From contig NW_027192209.1 of the NCBI RefSeq assembly GCF_041956535.1, forward strand, positions 136,092 to 200,091: a DNA stretch of 64,000 nt. The letters are read 5' to 3'. The notes below the pieces were generated by a model. The model was not told the DNA's origin. It worked only from the letters and a program-made list of their open reading frames with translations, and ran no database searches. The translations under genes were made by a program, and so were the position numbers. Positions 63,894-64,000 of the stretch are shown piece by piece (the first letter of the stretch is position 1; each line of letters starts with the position of its first letter). This DNA is from Calcarisporiella thermophila CBS 279.70. Its lineage: Eukaryota > Fungi > Calcarisporiellomycota.

Positions 63894-64000
63894 GTATCAG
63901 CAAATAGGAAAGGAAGAGGGCCGACACTGATAATTAAGAAATTTTTGTTCTAATGCTAATGTGAATTAAATGAGGAAAAAAAAGAAAATCTAAATGAGGA

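Overview
Gene-dense, intron-rich (mostly 55-80 nt introns) fungal genomic DNA. The gene content (CP2/Grainyhead TF, division-1 chitin synthase, Zn2Cys6 TF, Opy2-like sensor, PRM10/ThrE, secreted GH37 trehalase) suggests an early-diverging lineage such as Mucoromycota or Zoopagomycota; this is an inference. About 28 protein-coding genes can be reconstructed by eye. Most are housekeeping: a Pumilio/PUF protein truncated at the left edge, tubulin cofactor E, glycerol-3-phosphate acyltransferase, HPM1/METTL18, an MCH-type MFS transporter, SmgGDS, PAQR/IZH, Yippee, ABHD13, SDT1, CK2 beta, TFIIF alpha, HIS3 and APT1. They are interrupted by AT-rich, gene-poor islands at about 7.6-11.4, 18-20.9, 22.9-25.9, 30.3-31.6 and 36.4-39.8 kb. 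These islands hold the most interesting items: (1) an intronless secreted aerolysin/ETX-MTX2-like pore-forming protein with an 8-Cys N-terminal domain; (2) two tiny secreted prepropeptides sharing a C-x(4-5)-P-[SN]-P-S-C loop, next to a PAQR receptor gene; (3) a cluster of long near-perfect palindromes; and (4) a minimal secreted blue-copper protein. No rRNA, tRNA, CRISPR array or intact transposon was recognised. Exon boundaries are by-eye estimates and all family assignments rest on motif recognition, not database searches.
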